Positions 25,756 through 39,008 are shown, counted from the first letter of the stretch. The stretch: DNA of 64,000 bases from Selaginella moellendorffii (GCF_000143415.4 NW_003314357.1:124040-188039), one strand, 5' to 3'. The notes: generated by a model not told the origin, from the sequence alone. Numbers and translations: made by a program.

Positions 25756-28504
25756 TTAGCAACAAAATATTCGCCGTAGTTTCTCCACGAGGCTGGAAAG
25801 GAAGCTCGAATCCGATGGGATGTCTGGAGCCTGATCAGGCATATCCTTTGGCAAGTGCCTGTGGAACGCGTTCACCGCTTCTTTCACGCCGTCCTCCCCG
25901 TCCATATGCTTGGCCAGTTGAATCGCTCGCTCTTTCACCTTTTTCCCAAGCCAAAGAATGAGAAACTATCGATCTATGCTAGGAAGACGTGACCAATCTT
26001 ACCTCCGGCTCCAGCATGAAACGAATGGCAGCAACGAGCTTCTCCAGCGTGAATTGATTCACTGGAATTGGAGCTGGGCCAACTCCTTTAGCATGGACTT
26101 GCTCTCCCCAGAATGGCTGATCCCCGAAAATGGGAACTACAGTCGTCGGGCACTGCCAAGCACGCACACTCAGTAAGTCAAAAAAACCTCCGCTCTTGCT
26201 CTTGCTTATACCGCAGCTTTGAGACCGGCAGCTGTTGTTCCCGCGCCTCCATGATGAACCTACGACATAGAAAGAGAGGGTTGGATGAATTGCAAAAGAA
26301 AGTTGTCATGAGAAACGTACCACTCCAGCGCATTGTGGAAAAAGCCAGTCGTGAGGACAGTTATCAAGTAAATAGATAAAATCTGGTGGATCTTTTACTG
26401 CAAAACGGAGTCCAAGTTTGATAACGCACATGAAGTTTTAAAAACGAATTACTTACTGTCACCCAGGCCTCCCCAACCCCTGGAGATTATGCCGCGTTGG
26501 CCAGTTTCTTCAAGAGCTTTTACTATGATCGACGTCATCCCCTTGGGATCTTGAACAGGCTTCCCAAAACTCGGCGTCAAAACAACACTCGTATGCAATG
26601 AAGAAGGATTTAAGACTTACAAGGCTTCCAAAACCAACGTAAATTGGCTTTGCTCCTGCTTGCAGCCACTTGGAGAGTTCCGCATGGGGCTCATAATCTC
26701 TGGCAAGATCTAGAAAACAGAAGCCAACCACGTCGACACGCTGGCCCCAGTCTGCAAACAAGTGGAAACTTAAATCAACGTGACACGGAAAAAGAAGATA
26801 CGCAATACCTCTGGGCTTGGGGACCAGATGTGGACTCCATATGTAACCCGTAGGTAAGTCCGATATTGATCCTATTGAACCGCTCAAGTAGGTAATTGGA
26901 CGGAGCTTAAGTTTCTTCTTCCGGAAGTCGTTTATCATGCTCCGAATTCCCCACCATATGAGGGAGTCCACAACTTGGTAAGACATCTGCCATTATTTCA
27001 AAACTCACAAAAATGTTCGCCATAGTATAACTCGCCACTCACCCGGTAACCAGCCGGATTCTTGATGCGTGCCAACGGATGAGGAAACTCACTGGTCGGC
27101 CTGCAATAGCGGCCACGGGACATGTTAGTGATAGTAGAAGAAAGAACGTCATGTTTTTTCTTACGTCCAAGGCATTGTAAAGAAAATGTGAAGTGGGACT
27201 CTCAAGTACTCAGCCACATGAACATGACCTGCAGAACTGTCGGCATTGTAAACGAGATAAAAAAGCCGAGAGAAACTTACCATACGCGGGAGGATTTGCA
27301 ATCATCGCCTGAGCTCTGAAAGGAACTGGTCCATCAGCCTCAATACAGGCAGGAAGCAACGAGTTTATGATAGCTTTGATCTGCTTTCTTTGAATAGTTA
27401 TCTCGGATGGATTGGAAGGAAGAAACCCTTTGTTTTTCACCATGTCTGTAATGAGCGCGACCTGTCAGTGAATGAGGCATCAAACAATAAGCTCAAACTG
27501 CTACCAGTTGACACGTACATCCAGCTAGAATTTTCGGATCCCCGCCTAAAGGATAGAACTCCAGCCCAGCAGTCAACACAAACTCCCGAAAGTTGGCGTG
27601 TGTAGCGAGGCGTACACGGTGGCCGTATTCCTGCGTAAGTAATCGCACGCATGAGTGAGATTTTCACTTCAGAAAAATGAACGAGGAAAACACCTGTAGA
27701 TGCTTTCCGATCGCAATAAATGGTTGAACATCCCCTCGTGTACCAACGATGAGCATTACAATCTGCAATGGCTGCACTTTGAACTTCCTCTCGTCCCACT
27801 CCTCGTCGTAAATACGAAGGGAATCGCTTAATTCGGGCGCAATGAGCTCGGGCATGATGCGAGCACTTCCAGCCACATCAAACTCGACAGTTCCATCCGT
27901 CTTAACAGTAGCCAAGCGTTGCAACATCTTTTTCTGGAGATCAAAAGAAGAAGGTAGTCAGTCCAAGGAATTTATGTTGAAGGAATGTTTACCTTTCTTC
28001 TGTCGGACAACTTATCCGCGACCTTTCTTCGTATGTTTTCTTCCTCGTGTCTTTGCAAGCTAGCTTTCTCCGTGGCTGATCGCAGCAACCTTCCATTGGT
28101 GGTATGATCGCGCGTTTCCTCGCCATTCGTGGCGGGCATGGTCACTGACCGTCCCAATCCCCTATCTTCTCACCGCCAAACACAAAAGGTTCTAAGCAAG
28201 GAAAAAATAAAAGCAAAGGAGAAGACTAACCGGATCCGGAGGAATTGTCTCCTCGCGACGACGGCGTCGAAGTGGACGCTTCGTCCGATCGCAGCGGCAA
28301 AGCTTGCTCGAGCATGAGGAGCGATGGAGCCGAGTACGTCAAGTGGAGCTTGGGCTGATCGTCCGGCGGCTTCACCCGGCACACATCCGACGCCGATTCC
28401 TTCAACATCCGCTCGGGCTTGACGCCTTGATCATCGATCTGCTGCGCGGCGGCGGCATTGGCATTAGCTGGACTGGATGGAGCCGAGGAGGAAGAACTGT
28501 CCAT
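25756..28504 (-). CDS. UGT80A2: Sterol 3-beta-glucosyltransferase (UGT80A-type), many short introns
   Basis: Motifs IVMLIVGTRGDVQPF, ANPPAYGH, YIWSPHLVPKP, PIYVGFGSL, HHGGAGTTAAGL, PTTVVPIFGDQPFWG. Confidence 0.93.
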
Positions 28505-28937
28505 CGCGACCAAATATCCCAAACCCTTTGTTTCCTCCAAAATCGTGGCGCTGATCCTACTGTAGCTCCCTAGATCGGTTGATCCCAGCCGAAAAGCTCC
28601 GCTCCTAGTGGATTCCAATCTGCTGCTCCACCCATGGCGAAATCCTCGCTACATGGCGACCAAAACGATCAATCGCAACCTTTGGAGCTGCGGGAAGTCC
28701 GATTCACGGTGTGATCACAGACCTAGGGCCCAAGGATGGATTGGATCCGGCGATGGCGATGGAACGCCTCCGGCTCGTTGCGCCGCGCCATAGCTATGCG
28801 CTGGACACAGAAGCGCCATAGTCACCCCGATGCCGTCCATCTCAACGGCTTTGTTTTACGCATATTCTATGACGATTCTCCGTAGATTCACATCTAGGTA
28901 TATTCTCTCTTGCCCTAATTTGCTAGGGCTGGGGAGC

Positions 28938-31916
28938 ATGGGCAAGGAGAGGGACCGCAAGAGCGAAGAGCGCAAGGGCGAGCGGTCATCACGGGGCGAG
29001 GATTCGAAGCGCGAGCGCGATCGGGATCGAGACCGCCACAAGGACAAGGTACGCAGCAGTAGGGATCGAGATCGAGAGCGCGATCGCGAGAGGCATCACC
29101 ACAGGGACAGGGAGCATCACAGGGAAAGAGAGCGGGACAGGGACAGGGAAAGGGATCGGGACAGAGACAGGCATCGCGAGCGCGAGAGAGATAGGAGGAG
29201 CAGGGACCGTGAGAAGCGAGAGAGAAGTAAGCAAGAGGAGGATGACGAGGAGAGGGAGAGGGAAGCGAAGAGGGCGAGAAAGGAAGATGGTGGCGATAGT
29301 AGTGGTGAAGGGAAGGGTGTGGAGGAGGAGGGCGGCGACGACAAGGAGGCCGAGCAGAAGAGATTGGACGAGGAGATGGAGAAGCGGAGGCGGAGAGTCC
29401 AGGAGTGGCAAGAGCAACGGCGGCAAAAGGAAGATGAAGAAAGGGAGAGCAAAGGTATTGCAGCTCAAGGCGAGCAAGGCGAGGTCGCAAATGGCAAGGC
29501 ATGGACGCTCGAAGGGGATGAGTCTGACGAGGAGGTTGGAAATGGTGATGCGGCTGCTCGAGCTGAAGAGAGCCAAGCTAAGGAAGGTGGAGGAGTCGAG
29601 GAAGCTCCAATGGAAGTTGTCCAGGAAGAAGAGGAGGAGGTGGATCCTTTGGATGCTTTCATGAACACCATAGTCATTCCCGAGGTGAAGAAGCTCCAAG
29701 CGGCGCCGCCTTCTGTCGCTGGTGCTGGAGCTACCGCTCAAGAATCTAAAGCCTCACAGCCTCCAAGCATCTTGAAGAAGAACCGAGGACCTCGAGGAGA
29801 CTCGGAGTCGGAGGTGGAAGCCGGAGATGACGACGACAGTGATGCCGAGGAAGACGACGAGGACTTTATAAAGCGGGTGAAGAAGACCAAAGCCGAGAAG
29901 CTGGCGGTGGTCGACCACACAAAGGTTCCTTACACTTCCTTCCGCAAGGACTTTTACAAGGAGGTGAAGGAGATCCAGAGGATGAGCAAGGAAGATGTCA
30001 CGGCATACCGCAAGGAGCTGGAGCTCAAAGTCAAGGGGAAGGACGTCCCCAAGCCGATCAAGACGTGGAACCAGACCGGCCTGAGCAGCAAGATGCTGGA
30101 CGTGATAAAGAAGCTGGGCTTCGAGCGGCCCATGCCGATCCAAGCACAGGCGCTTCCGATTATCATGAACGGCCGGGACTGCATTGGTATCGCAAAGACA
30201 GGCTCCGGCAAGACGCTCGCCTTCGTTCTGCCGATGCTGAGACACATCAAAGACCAGCCGCCGCTTGCTCAGGGGGACGGTCCCATCGGTCTCATCATGG
30301 CTCCGACGAGGGAGCTTGTGCAACAGATATACAGTGACATAAAGAAATTCACCAGAGTTATTGGGCTTACCTGTGTCCCTGTCTATGGTGGCTCTGGAGT
30401 CGCCCAGCAGATTAGCGAGCTCAAGCGTGGTGCCGAGATAGTAGTGTGCACACCGGGAAGAATGATCGATATACTGTGCACCAGCTCCGGGAAGATCACA
30501 AACTTGAGACGGGTGACATACTTGGTGATGGACGAGGCCGACCGCATGTTTGACATGGGCTTTGAGCCACAGATAACCAGGATCGTCCAGAACACGAGGC
30601 CGGACCGGCAGACGGTGCTCTTCTCCGCGACGTTTCCACGCCAGGTTGAGCTCCTGGCTCGTAAAGTCTTGGACAAGCCGGTGGAGATCCAAGTTGGAGG
30701 ACGCAGTGTGGTGAACAAGGACATAACTCAGACGGTGGAGGTCCGTCCGGAGGAGGATCGTTTCCTGCGGCTGCTCGAGCTCCTCGGCGAGTGGTACGAG
30801 AAAGGAAAGGTGCTGGTGTTCGTCCACTCGCAGGAGAAATGCGACAGCCTCTTCAGGGACCTTCTCAAGGCCGGGTATCCGTGCTTGTCTCTCCACGGTG
30901 CCAAGGACCAGACCGACCGGGAGTCGACGCTGTCCGACTTTAAGTCCAATGTTTGCAACCTCTTGGTGGCGACGAGCGTCGCAGCGAGAGGTTTGGACGT
31001 GAAGGAGCTGGAGCTGGTCGTCAACTATGACGTTCCCAATCACTACGAGGACTACGTCCACCGCGTGGGACGCACTGGACGGGCGGGCCGGAAGGGATGT
31101 GCCGTGACTTTCATCGCCCCCGACGAGGACAGATACGCTCCCGACCTTGCCAAGGCGCTGGAGCTCTCGGAGCAGCCCATCCCCGAGGACTTGAAGAGCC
31201 TGGCTGATGGTTTCATCGCAAAGGTGAACCAGGGGAGTGAGAAGGCTCACGGCAGTGGCTATGGTGGCAGCGGCTTCAAGTTCAACGAGGAGGAGGACGA
31301 AGCTCTCAGGGCCGCGAAGAAAGCCCAGGCCAAGGAGTATGGCTACGAGGAAGAGGAGGAGCCTGGCGAGACGGACGATGACAACGAAATCCGGAAGACA
31401 GGAGTGGACATGATGCTGGCCTTCACAAACGCAGCCAAGGCCGTGAACTCTCAAGCCGCTGGAACCTCCGTCGCCGCCATCCCGGTCCTGCCGAGCATCA
31501 CCATCCCGGGGATAGTCCCCGGCCAGCCGTCGGACTTCCGCGACAAGGCGATCCAGGTGGTGAAGAACTTGCAGCACAACATCCAGAAGATCACGGCCGA
31601 GTCGCTCCAGGAGCGGTACGAGGCGGAGCTGGAGATCAACGACTTTCCCCAGCACGCTCGCTGGAAAGTCACGCACAAGGATGCGCTGGGACAGATTAGC
31701 GAGTGGACTGGAGCCGCGATCACGACTCGCGGGCAGTTCTTTCCACCGGGGAAGATCCCAGGCCCCGGCGAGCGCAAGCTCTATCTCTTCATCGAAGGTG
31801 GATCCGAGACCTCGGTTAAGAAGGCCAAGGGGGAGATCAAGCGCATCCTGGAGGAGTCTACGTCCAACATGGTGTTGCAACCGGCTGTCCAACCTGGGAA
31901 GTACTCTGTCTTATGA
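28938..31916 (+). CDS. RH42: DEAD-box RNA helicase RH42/Prp5/DDX46, intronless
   Basis: RD/RE-rich N-terminus; AKTGSGKT, PTREL, DEAD, SAT and HRVGRTGRAG motifs; C-terminal ELEINDFPQHARWKVTH KH-like domain. Confidence 0.96.
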   Translation: MGKERDRKSEERKGERSSRGEDSKRERDRDRDRHKDKVRSSRDRDRERDRERHHHRDREHHRERERDRDRERDRDRDRHRERERDRRSRDREKRERSKQEEDDEEREREAKRARKEDGGDSSGEGKGVEEEGGDDKEAEQKRLDEEMEKRRRRVQEWQEQRRQKEDEERESKGIAAQGEQGEVANGKAWTLEGDESDEEVGNGDAAARAEESQAKEGGGVEEAPMEVVQEEEEEVDPLDAFMNTIVIPEVKKLQAAPPSVAGAGATAQESKASQPPSILKKNRGPRGDSESEVEAGDDDDSDAEEDDEDFIKRVKKTKAEKLAVVDHTKVPYTSFRKDFYKEVKEIQRMSKEDVTAYRKELELKVKGKDVPKPIKTWNQTGLSSKMLDVIKKLGFERPMPIQAQALPIIMNGRDCIGIAKTGSGKTLAFVLPMLRHIKDQPPLAQGDGPIGLIMAPTRELVQQIYSDIKKFTRVIGLTCVPVYGGSGVAQQISELKRGAEIVVCTPGRMIDILCTSSGKITNLRRVTYLVMDEADRMFDMGFEPQITRIVQNTRPDRQTVLFSATFPRQVELLARKVLDKPVEIQVGGRSVVNKDITQTVEVRPEEDRFLRLLELLGEWYEKGKVLVFVHSQEKCDSLFRDLLKAGYPCLSLHGAKDQTDRESTLSDFKSNVCNLLVATSVAARGLDVKELELVVNYDVPNHYEDYVHRVGRTGRAGRKGCAVTFIAPDEDRYAPDLAKALELSEQPIPEDLKSLADGFIAKVNQGSEKAHGSGYGGSGFKFNEEEDEALRAAKKAQAKEYGYEEEEEPGETDDDNEIRKTGVDMMLAFTNAAKAVNSQAAGTSVAAIPVLPSITIPGIVPGQPSDFRDKAIQVVKNLQHNIQKITAESLQERYEAELEINDFPQHARWKVTHKDALGQISEWTGAAITTRGQFFPPGKIPGPGERKLYLFIEGGSETSVKKAKGEIKRILEESTSNMVLQPAVQPGKYSVL

Positions 31917-32217
31917 TTCATACTCGACGCTTCTAAAGTTTGCTTCGTTTTTTCTTTTTTCTTTTTCACGGTGGGCTTCTTTTTTTCTTGAAGGCTGGCA
32001 GGATGCCATAGGCTGGGAACTGCTTGTGAGACGCATTTGTCTCTCTGCTTACCAATCACTTATAAAGCTCACCTTTTTTTTATTTACTTGCGTTTTTTTT
32101 GGTTACGTGTTTTAACCAGAGACTTTTGTGGCTTTCAGGGGGAGCGATTCTCTTGGGAGCTTTGCAAGCACGAGAAGATTTATACCATCCGACAATGGTG
32201 ATGGGAAATGGTGAGTT

Positions 32218-34664
32218 TCATTTCTTCTTGTTTTTAACATTCTCACGCTCGTCTTCGTCGTCATCGTCATTGTCATCGTCATCTTCATCATCTTCATCAT
32301 CGTCTTCATCATCGTCATCGTCGTCCTCATCATCTTCATCGACCTCATTGTCTTCGTCATGGATCTCCACTTTTTGCTTCACTGCTGCTGGCTTGCTCTT
32401 GTCCGTGTCCTTGTTCTTGCTGTTGTCAATCCCGCTGGGAGGCGGGAGCTTGCAGCTCTTCAAGGTGTCGCTCAAGTCCTTTGCGTTTGAGACGAGGCCG
32501 GGCACCTCCTGCATTATCCGGCCCACGGTTCCACACGACATGTCGGTGGTGATTTTGATCTCCACGTCTGTCTTGGTGGCATCTGCCGCACTGCCACCAG
32601 CCGCGTTGATGACAATATCGGACGTGAGCTTTGGCTGTGGAAGGATGGCATGCTCTTTCATGTTCTCCCAGATGGCGAACTCTGGTCCGGTCATGATGAT
32701 CTTCCACGCTGTGGGATTTGGGACGAGCGTGCCCATGTCAAACCTGCGCATGGCTTTGTATAAACTTTGATCCTCCAAAAGAATGACTACTACTTGGTTA
32801 CCTGTTTCCGAGCTTGATGATGAGCCTTTCGTCGACACAGGCAACGTACATGTCGAAGTCCGCTGCAAGAATCGTGATCTTGCTGTCTGAGTGTATGCCG
32901 TTGTTTCGTCTCAGCTCCATCAGTTGTGAGATCTTGTCCTTCATCCCCCAGTCGAAGAAATGGTCCCAGAACTGCAAGAGGATCGATTAAAAGCTCTCAG
33001 GAGGCTCCCAGACTTACAATGCATGGTATGCCTGGATGCGTGATGATGTATACGTAGCCCAAGAGAACTTTGTCATCGGGAAAATTCCAGTGTCTCTGAG
33101 TAGATCCCGTGTCGTGATTGTCGACAAACGTTACAGCTTTTGTTGGATACCACCCTGCTCAAGACACACAAAAGCATCTTGTTTCCGGGACGAAACATAG
33201 ATAAGAAACGTTACCAATAAGACCGGGAGGCTTCCCCTCTCCGTCCCGCAGTCGCCAGTACTCGTTCTTCACGGCATCTTGAAGAACTCCTTTGGTGGTG
33301 AAGTCGAACACACAGGAAAGTCCTCCAGTCCCATCAATCCAATCGCAAAGCTGTTGCCTGTGGGTATCTGTGACGACCAAGAGAGTCAATTCTCCTAAGA
33401 GAAACAAATGCGCGCTTACTTTGGTTTGCAGCCGCCCTGCCGTTTTCGTAGTTCAACGAAGTCCAGTACTCGCCCACCGAGAAGCTTGGATGTGTTCTCT
33501 CGCAGTATCTATATGAACATGCTCGTTGAGAGTTTCAGGAGAAAAAAGAAAGCAAAGTTTGTTCTTACGTGATGTTGGTTGGATGTGTAACGTGTTGTTG
33601 CTTACATCTTGGTGTAGGCCGGTGAGTAGCCCTTGACGAAATCGAAGCGCCAACCATCGAATCCAATCTCTGCCTTCATCCAGTTCATCCAGTCTGTGAG
33701 CTCGTCTTGCACTTGCTTGTTGGAATGGTCCAGGTCCGGAGCCGCTCCATAGCTCTCACCACTATCCTTGGACCCCTTCCCACCACTGTCATAGATGTCG
33801 TTGCTGACCAAAGCCCACGGTCCCCAGTCAAGCCTCTTGTCCTTGGTTCCACCCTCGTAAAGGTTCCAGTGTCCAGTTGAGTCTTGCTTCCAGCCACTTC
33901 GATGGTTGATCACGATGTCGGCGATGCAGCACAGGTTATGCGAATGCAAGACGTCGATGCATTCCCTCAGCTGGGCCTCATTCCCGTAGCTCGACGAGTT
34001 AAGATCGTAGAGCTGAGTCGGCAAATATCCTGGGAGCAAACCAAAAGCGGTGGAGTCAGAGCAAGTTTGCTGAAACAACAGCCACCAGGAACGAAAAAAG
34101 AGTGTTGTACCATGCTTATCAACCGACTGTGAAGGTGGTGGAAACCACACATCTGTGAAGCCGGCAGCTTGGATCTCCGCAGCCCTGCTCTTGAGAGTGT
34201 CATACCAAGGCTTCTTTGCTTGAGATTCCCAGTTGAATCCCTGGAAGAAGAAACGATCAATGCTTCGAAAACTAAAAACCATTGCTTACCTGCAAGACAA
34301 TGTGGTATCGAGAATCCGGATAAGTCGGCCGAGGCGGCCTCTTCTTTCGAACCACACCACCGCTACCACCGCCGCTACCACCGCCCTGCTGCTCGGCAGC
34401 GCGAATCGCTAGATTTCGCTTCCTCCATTTCTCTTCCGACCGCGAAATCCCAATCGCGAGCGGGTGACAGATCCCACCAACGCTGTCGGCGTTGCTGCCA
34501 CTACACCCTACCTTCCCGAAAGATCTTGCTGCCCGGCTCGAAGGGGCCGCGCTTCTCACACTGCAGCAGGCGCCAGCGCTGCCGCCGCTCCCCAGCCTCG
34601 CCGCCGAGCACGATGGATCATCCACAACCACGCAGTGGAGAGCGGCGATGGCGCAAGGGCTCAT
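32218..34664 (-). CDS. Plant alpha-amylase (GH13) with putative transit peptide and ~150-aa C-terminal extension
   Basis: [44 protein letters not shown] and AIWE across short introns; Ala/Ser/Arg-rich N-terminus. Confidence 0.92.
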
Positions 34665-34783
34665 CTCTCCCGCGCATTCTCTCTGTGCCCTAGGTTTCCT
34701 CTTTTTTAAAAATGGATTAACTTAGTGATAATCTTGATTAAAAGTATCTAAGCTGGATTAACAGTAGCTTTAGCTTCTTCGTC

Positions 34784-36290
34784 CTACGAGACGAGCGTCT
34801 CTAAGATTTGGTCTGTGAATTCTCGGAGGATATGACCTCTCTCAGGGATTTCGTGGTACTCCACCCACGATTCTAGCTTCTTCACCACCATTCTTTGGAG
34901 CTCCACTGGCACCAAGAAATCCTTCTCGCCTTGCCAGACGTGGATGATCTTCTTCGTCAAGTTCTCGCCCTCGAACGGGTTCTCCAGCTCGGCCGGATCA
35001 AACGGCCACTTCCCAAACATTACGCTCGAGTCCCGGCACAGCGATTCACTCAGTCCCTGCTGCAGCGCTTCTTTCCTCTCCTGCCAAGAGGAAACTTTGT
35101 CAGAGATTTGATCCAAAGGAGGAGAGATTGACGAACTTGGGCATCGGATTCTCTGGTTTCTTCTTGAGCTGCTCGATCAGAGGGACACATATCGGCCTGG
35201 TTCATGTTGACGGTGCTGGACGTTGGAAGGATTTTCTGTGTGAGCCACCAGTAGACGAGCCAGGGCGCGTAGTGCGAGACACTGAGGAAGAGGCGGTCGC
35301 CCAGCGGCTGCTTGTTAAACACCGCTCGGCCCTCGGGCGTGGACACGCTCGGCCAGAAGTAGTTTACCACCGGCACGACTAGAGCCACACCGGCGAGCCT
35401 GAGAGAACAAGATCAAACCAGTGAGACAAACTTTTGTTCTCATAGAAGCAAGCAAAACAAGTCTTTGATCAATGCAGGAAAAAGATTGAGCAGCAAAGAT
35501 CGAAAACCGAGCCTGGAGACAAACACACACAAGAAAAATCCAGAAACAAATCACGCAAAAATCACCACGAAAAGCTCACGAACAAAAACGCAAGCTTTCC
35601 ACGCAAAAGGAAAGCGAACCTTTGTGGAATGTATTTAATGCATCCCCACGCGCCGTGAGCTCCAAGAGAGACGGACAGAACGTAGAACTTGGATCCCAGG
35701 CCGAGAGAATCGGCCAGTTCTTCCACATCGCGAGCCTCCGACTCGACGCTCCTGGCAGGATGTGGATCGCTCTGTCCATAGCCGGCCCTGTCGTAGCTCA
35801 CCATGTACACTCCCAGCCTTTCAATCGTATCCTACAGTCACGCATTTCGATCGATCTGTCCAGTGGAGGCAACAACAAGTAGGAATTACCGGCGATGCGC
35901 TGATGAGAGCGAGGCGGCAGCGCGTGTAGCCGTGGAGGATGACGATCTTGTGCTTGGCTTGGTCTTTTGGAACTCCAGCTTCCTTGTAGGCGAGGTAGCG
36001 GCCATCGCGCAGCTTGATCCGAGGCGCTGTCACTGGCGGGCCGCCTGGAGCTCCACAAATCTTCGGCGGAGGCGCTCGGATGGCCACTACCGCCCAGGAC
36101 ACGAGCACAGTCATCGTGAGCAATGCAGCCTTGGACCAGAGCCCTGGAAGGAAGAAAGAAACACACCGGATCGATCGACGCCCACCAGGAGTGAAGATAT
36201 TTCGATCAAGATCTTACGCGAGAACGAGGCTGCTGCCGCGGAATCGTTGCGCGTGAAAGCTCGCGCCTTGGACGCTGATACCCTGGCCAT
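34784..36290 (-). CDS. Alpha/beta-hydrolase (plant AB_hydrolase_1 family)
   Basis: [45 protein letters not shown] nucleophile elbow, [17 protein letters not shown]. Exon 1 [14 protein letters not shown] splices in frame (intron ~36144-36217). Confidence 0.9.
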
Positions 36291-36318
36291 TGAATCCCAA
36301 ATGGCACGAGATAGAAGA

Positions 36319-36336
36319 AAACCCTACATTAGGGTT
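36319..36336. promoter_or_regulatory. Inverted telo-box pair in the divergent hydrolase/ARP3 spacer
   Basis: AAACCCTA-cat-TAGGGTT; AAACCCTA is the established plant telo-box. Confidence 0.5.
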
Positions 36337-36359
36337 CTTGGTGGTGTGGTTAGCTCGCG

Positions 36360-38235
36360 ATGGATGCCACGGGCCGGCCGGCGGTCGTGATCGACAATGG
36401 CACCGGGTAAGAACGATCGATCTAGAGCGCTGCCCGCATTCTTCCTTGTGCGATTCAGATCATCGAAATTTCATCCTTGGCAGCTACTCCAAGATTGGAT
36501 TCGCAGGGAATGTGGAGCCGTCCTTCATAATCCCCACGGTCGTGGCGATCAACGAGTCCTGCCTCGCCGCTTCCTCTCCTGCCGCGCTCTCTCCACAGGG
36601 CAAGGGCGGATGGCTCGCGCGCCACAATGCTGGTGTCATGGCCGATCTCGACTTCTTCATCGGCGACGAAGCTCTGGCGCGGACTCACGGCCCCGCGTAC
36701 ACGCTCACGTATCCGATCCGTCACGGCCAGGTCCTTGCTTGCGATTCTTCTCTACCTCTCTTTCTCTCTCTCGTGATTCATGGTTTCTTCTTCGTCCAGG
36801 TGGATAACTGGGACGCCATGGAGAGGTTCTGGCAGCAGTGTATCTTCAACTACCTGCGGTGTGATCCCGAGGATCACTACTTCCTCTTGACGGAGAGCCC
36901 TCTCACGGCGCCAGAGAATCGAGAGTACACTGCCGAGATCATGTTTGAGACTTTCAATGTTTCTGGCCTCTACATTGCTGTGCAAGCTGTTCTAGCCCTG
37001 GCTGCTGGCTACACAACTTCCAAGGTTCTTGGAGATCTTCTTTTTGTTTGTAGCTCACTCTTCTTTGTTTCCAGTGTGAGATGACCGGGGTTGTGGTCGA
37101 TGCCGGCGATGGAGTCACGCATGTCGTGCCTGTTGCCGAGGGATACGTGATGGGCAGCAGCATCAAATCCATCCCAGTAGCCGGTCGAGACATCACGTCC
37201 TTTGTGCAGCAGCTCATGCGAGTACGTATATGGCTGCGCTTCGTTTTCACGCTGACAAGGATGCATGGATCGATTTCCAGGAGCGAGGCGAGCCTGTTCC
37301 TCCGGAAGACTCGTTTGACGTTGCCAGGAGAGTGAAGGAATCTTACGGGTACACATGTGCTGACATTGTCAAGGTAGTGCGAAAGATGTTTTTCTTTCTC
37401 CTTTGCTTTCCTGCTTGCTCATGCATTGAACTTCATTCAGCATACGTTCGCAATTGCAGGAGTTTAATAAGCACGACAGGGAGCCGTCCAAGTACATGAA
37501 GCAATGGACTGGCACGAATTCGAAGACCGGGCAAGCTTACAGTTGCGATATTGGTTACGAGCGTTTTCTCGCTGCTGAGGTAAAGCCTTCGGCTTTCTCT
37601 TGCTTGTGCTAATTTGCTTTCGCTTACTTTTTTGCTGCAGTCATTCTTTGCTCCTGAAATATGCAGTAGCGACTTTTCCACTCCTCTCCCTGAGGTTGTT
37701 GACAAGTGCATTCAGTCCGCCCCGATTGACACCCGCCGAGCGCTTTACAAAGTAAAACTAAACACGCTCCCTGTGCTCCTCTTCTAACACACTCTAAAAC
37801 TGTCAACAGAACATTGTTCTCTCGGGAGGCTCCACGCTTTTCAAAGACTTCCAAAGGAGACTCCAGCGTGATATCAAGAAAATTGTCGACTCCCGAACCA
37901 CGGCAACCGCAGCAAAATACGGTGGGGATGTCAAGGTGTGTGTTTTCTTTTTCTTTTCTTAGTCGTGCTGTGATCTTGACGCTATGGAGACCTTCCAGCC
38001 TGTAGAAGTGAACGTGGTTGGACATCCAATGCAGCGATTCGCCGTCTGGTTTGGCGGTTCGGTCTTAGCTTCGGCTTCAGAGTTCTACACGGTATGTGCA
38101 TTTCAACTTTGATCTCTTCTCCATCTCACTCGCTTGGTGCTGGCATCACCTCAGGCATGCCACACAAAAGCGGAGTATGAAGAGTATGGACCCACTATAT
38201 GCCGCACCAATCCGGTGTTCAAGGGAATGTTTTAA
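36360..38235 (+). CDS. ARP3: Actin-related protein 3 (Arp2/3 complex)
   Basis: [57 protein letters not shown], and C-terminal [12 protein letters not shown]. Confidence 0.96.
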
Positions 38236-39008
38236 AGCCAGACAAGGTATTTGCTGTTTTTCGTTAAAGGTTTTCGTATTTCTACCTTGCGATACTCATG
38301 GAGGTGATGACGCCAGATCAATTCATGAGATGAAATTTACTGAAAAGATGGATGGAGTGGAAGGCTCGCAGGGAGATGGTGGGTGATGCCAGAACTGTGA
38401 CGAGTTGCCGAGCAAAGGTTTCCTTGAAGCTGCTAGCAGATCCCGGCTCCGAGCATGGCTTCCTCTCGGAATCATGCGGTGAAATCGAAGAGAGGTTTCG
38501 GCCGAAGTGCTAGCCAGACGGGCTAGAGTTTCGTCAAGGCGCGTTTCATCTCTTCGAAGGGAGCGTTTACGCCATGGGTGTGAGGAAAGGGGATCAATCC
38601 GAGGTGACTTTGGAGTTGCTAAGCTGTGCGCAGGGATGGCAAAGGGTTTGGAAAGGTGGCAAGTTTTTCTACATGTAGCTATAGATTCTTTGCTCATTTA
38701 CAGGAGAAGAAGTGGCATTTTGGTCGAACGTTTTGGATTTTGTATCGTCTCCCTTTGGCCCGTTTGAAACAGTCCTGGATGAAAGTCGGATGACAAGAAT
38801 TTTATATTCTGAGATTTTTGGCTCTCATCTTTGTCTCTTGCATCTTATAAACGCAAATATTGTAGAGACTAGCTTTTGTTTTTCTTTCTTGAGGATGAGG
38901 ACGAGATGGATGATGCGAGGCTTTAGGAGCATCACAAGCTTCTAACCAGCTTCATCATTTACCAGATTGGTAGAGCGAGCGTACCTTTTTCTCATCTTAG
39001 CTTTGCTG

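Noticed and set aside
29754-31892. 712-aa antisense ORF opposite RH42
   Set aside because: Shadow ORF expected from GC3-rich codon usage of the sense gene; no recognisable motifs.
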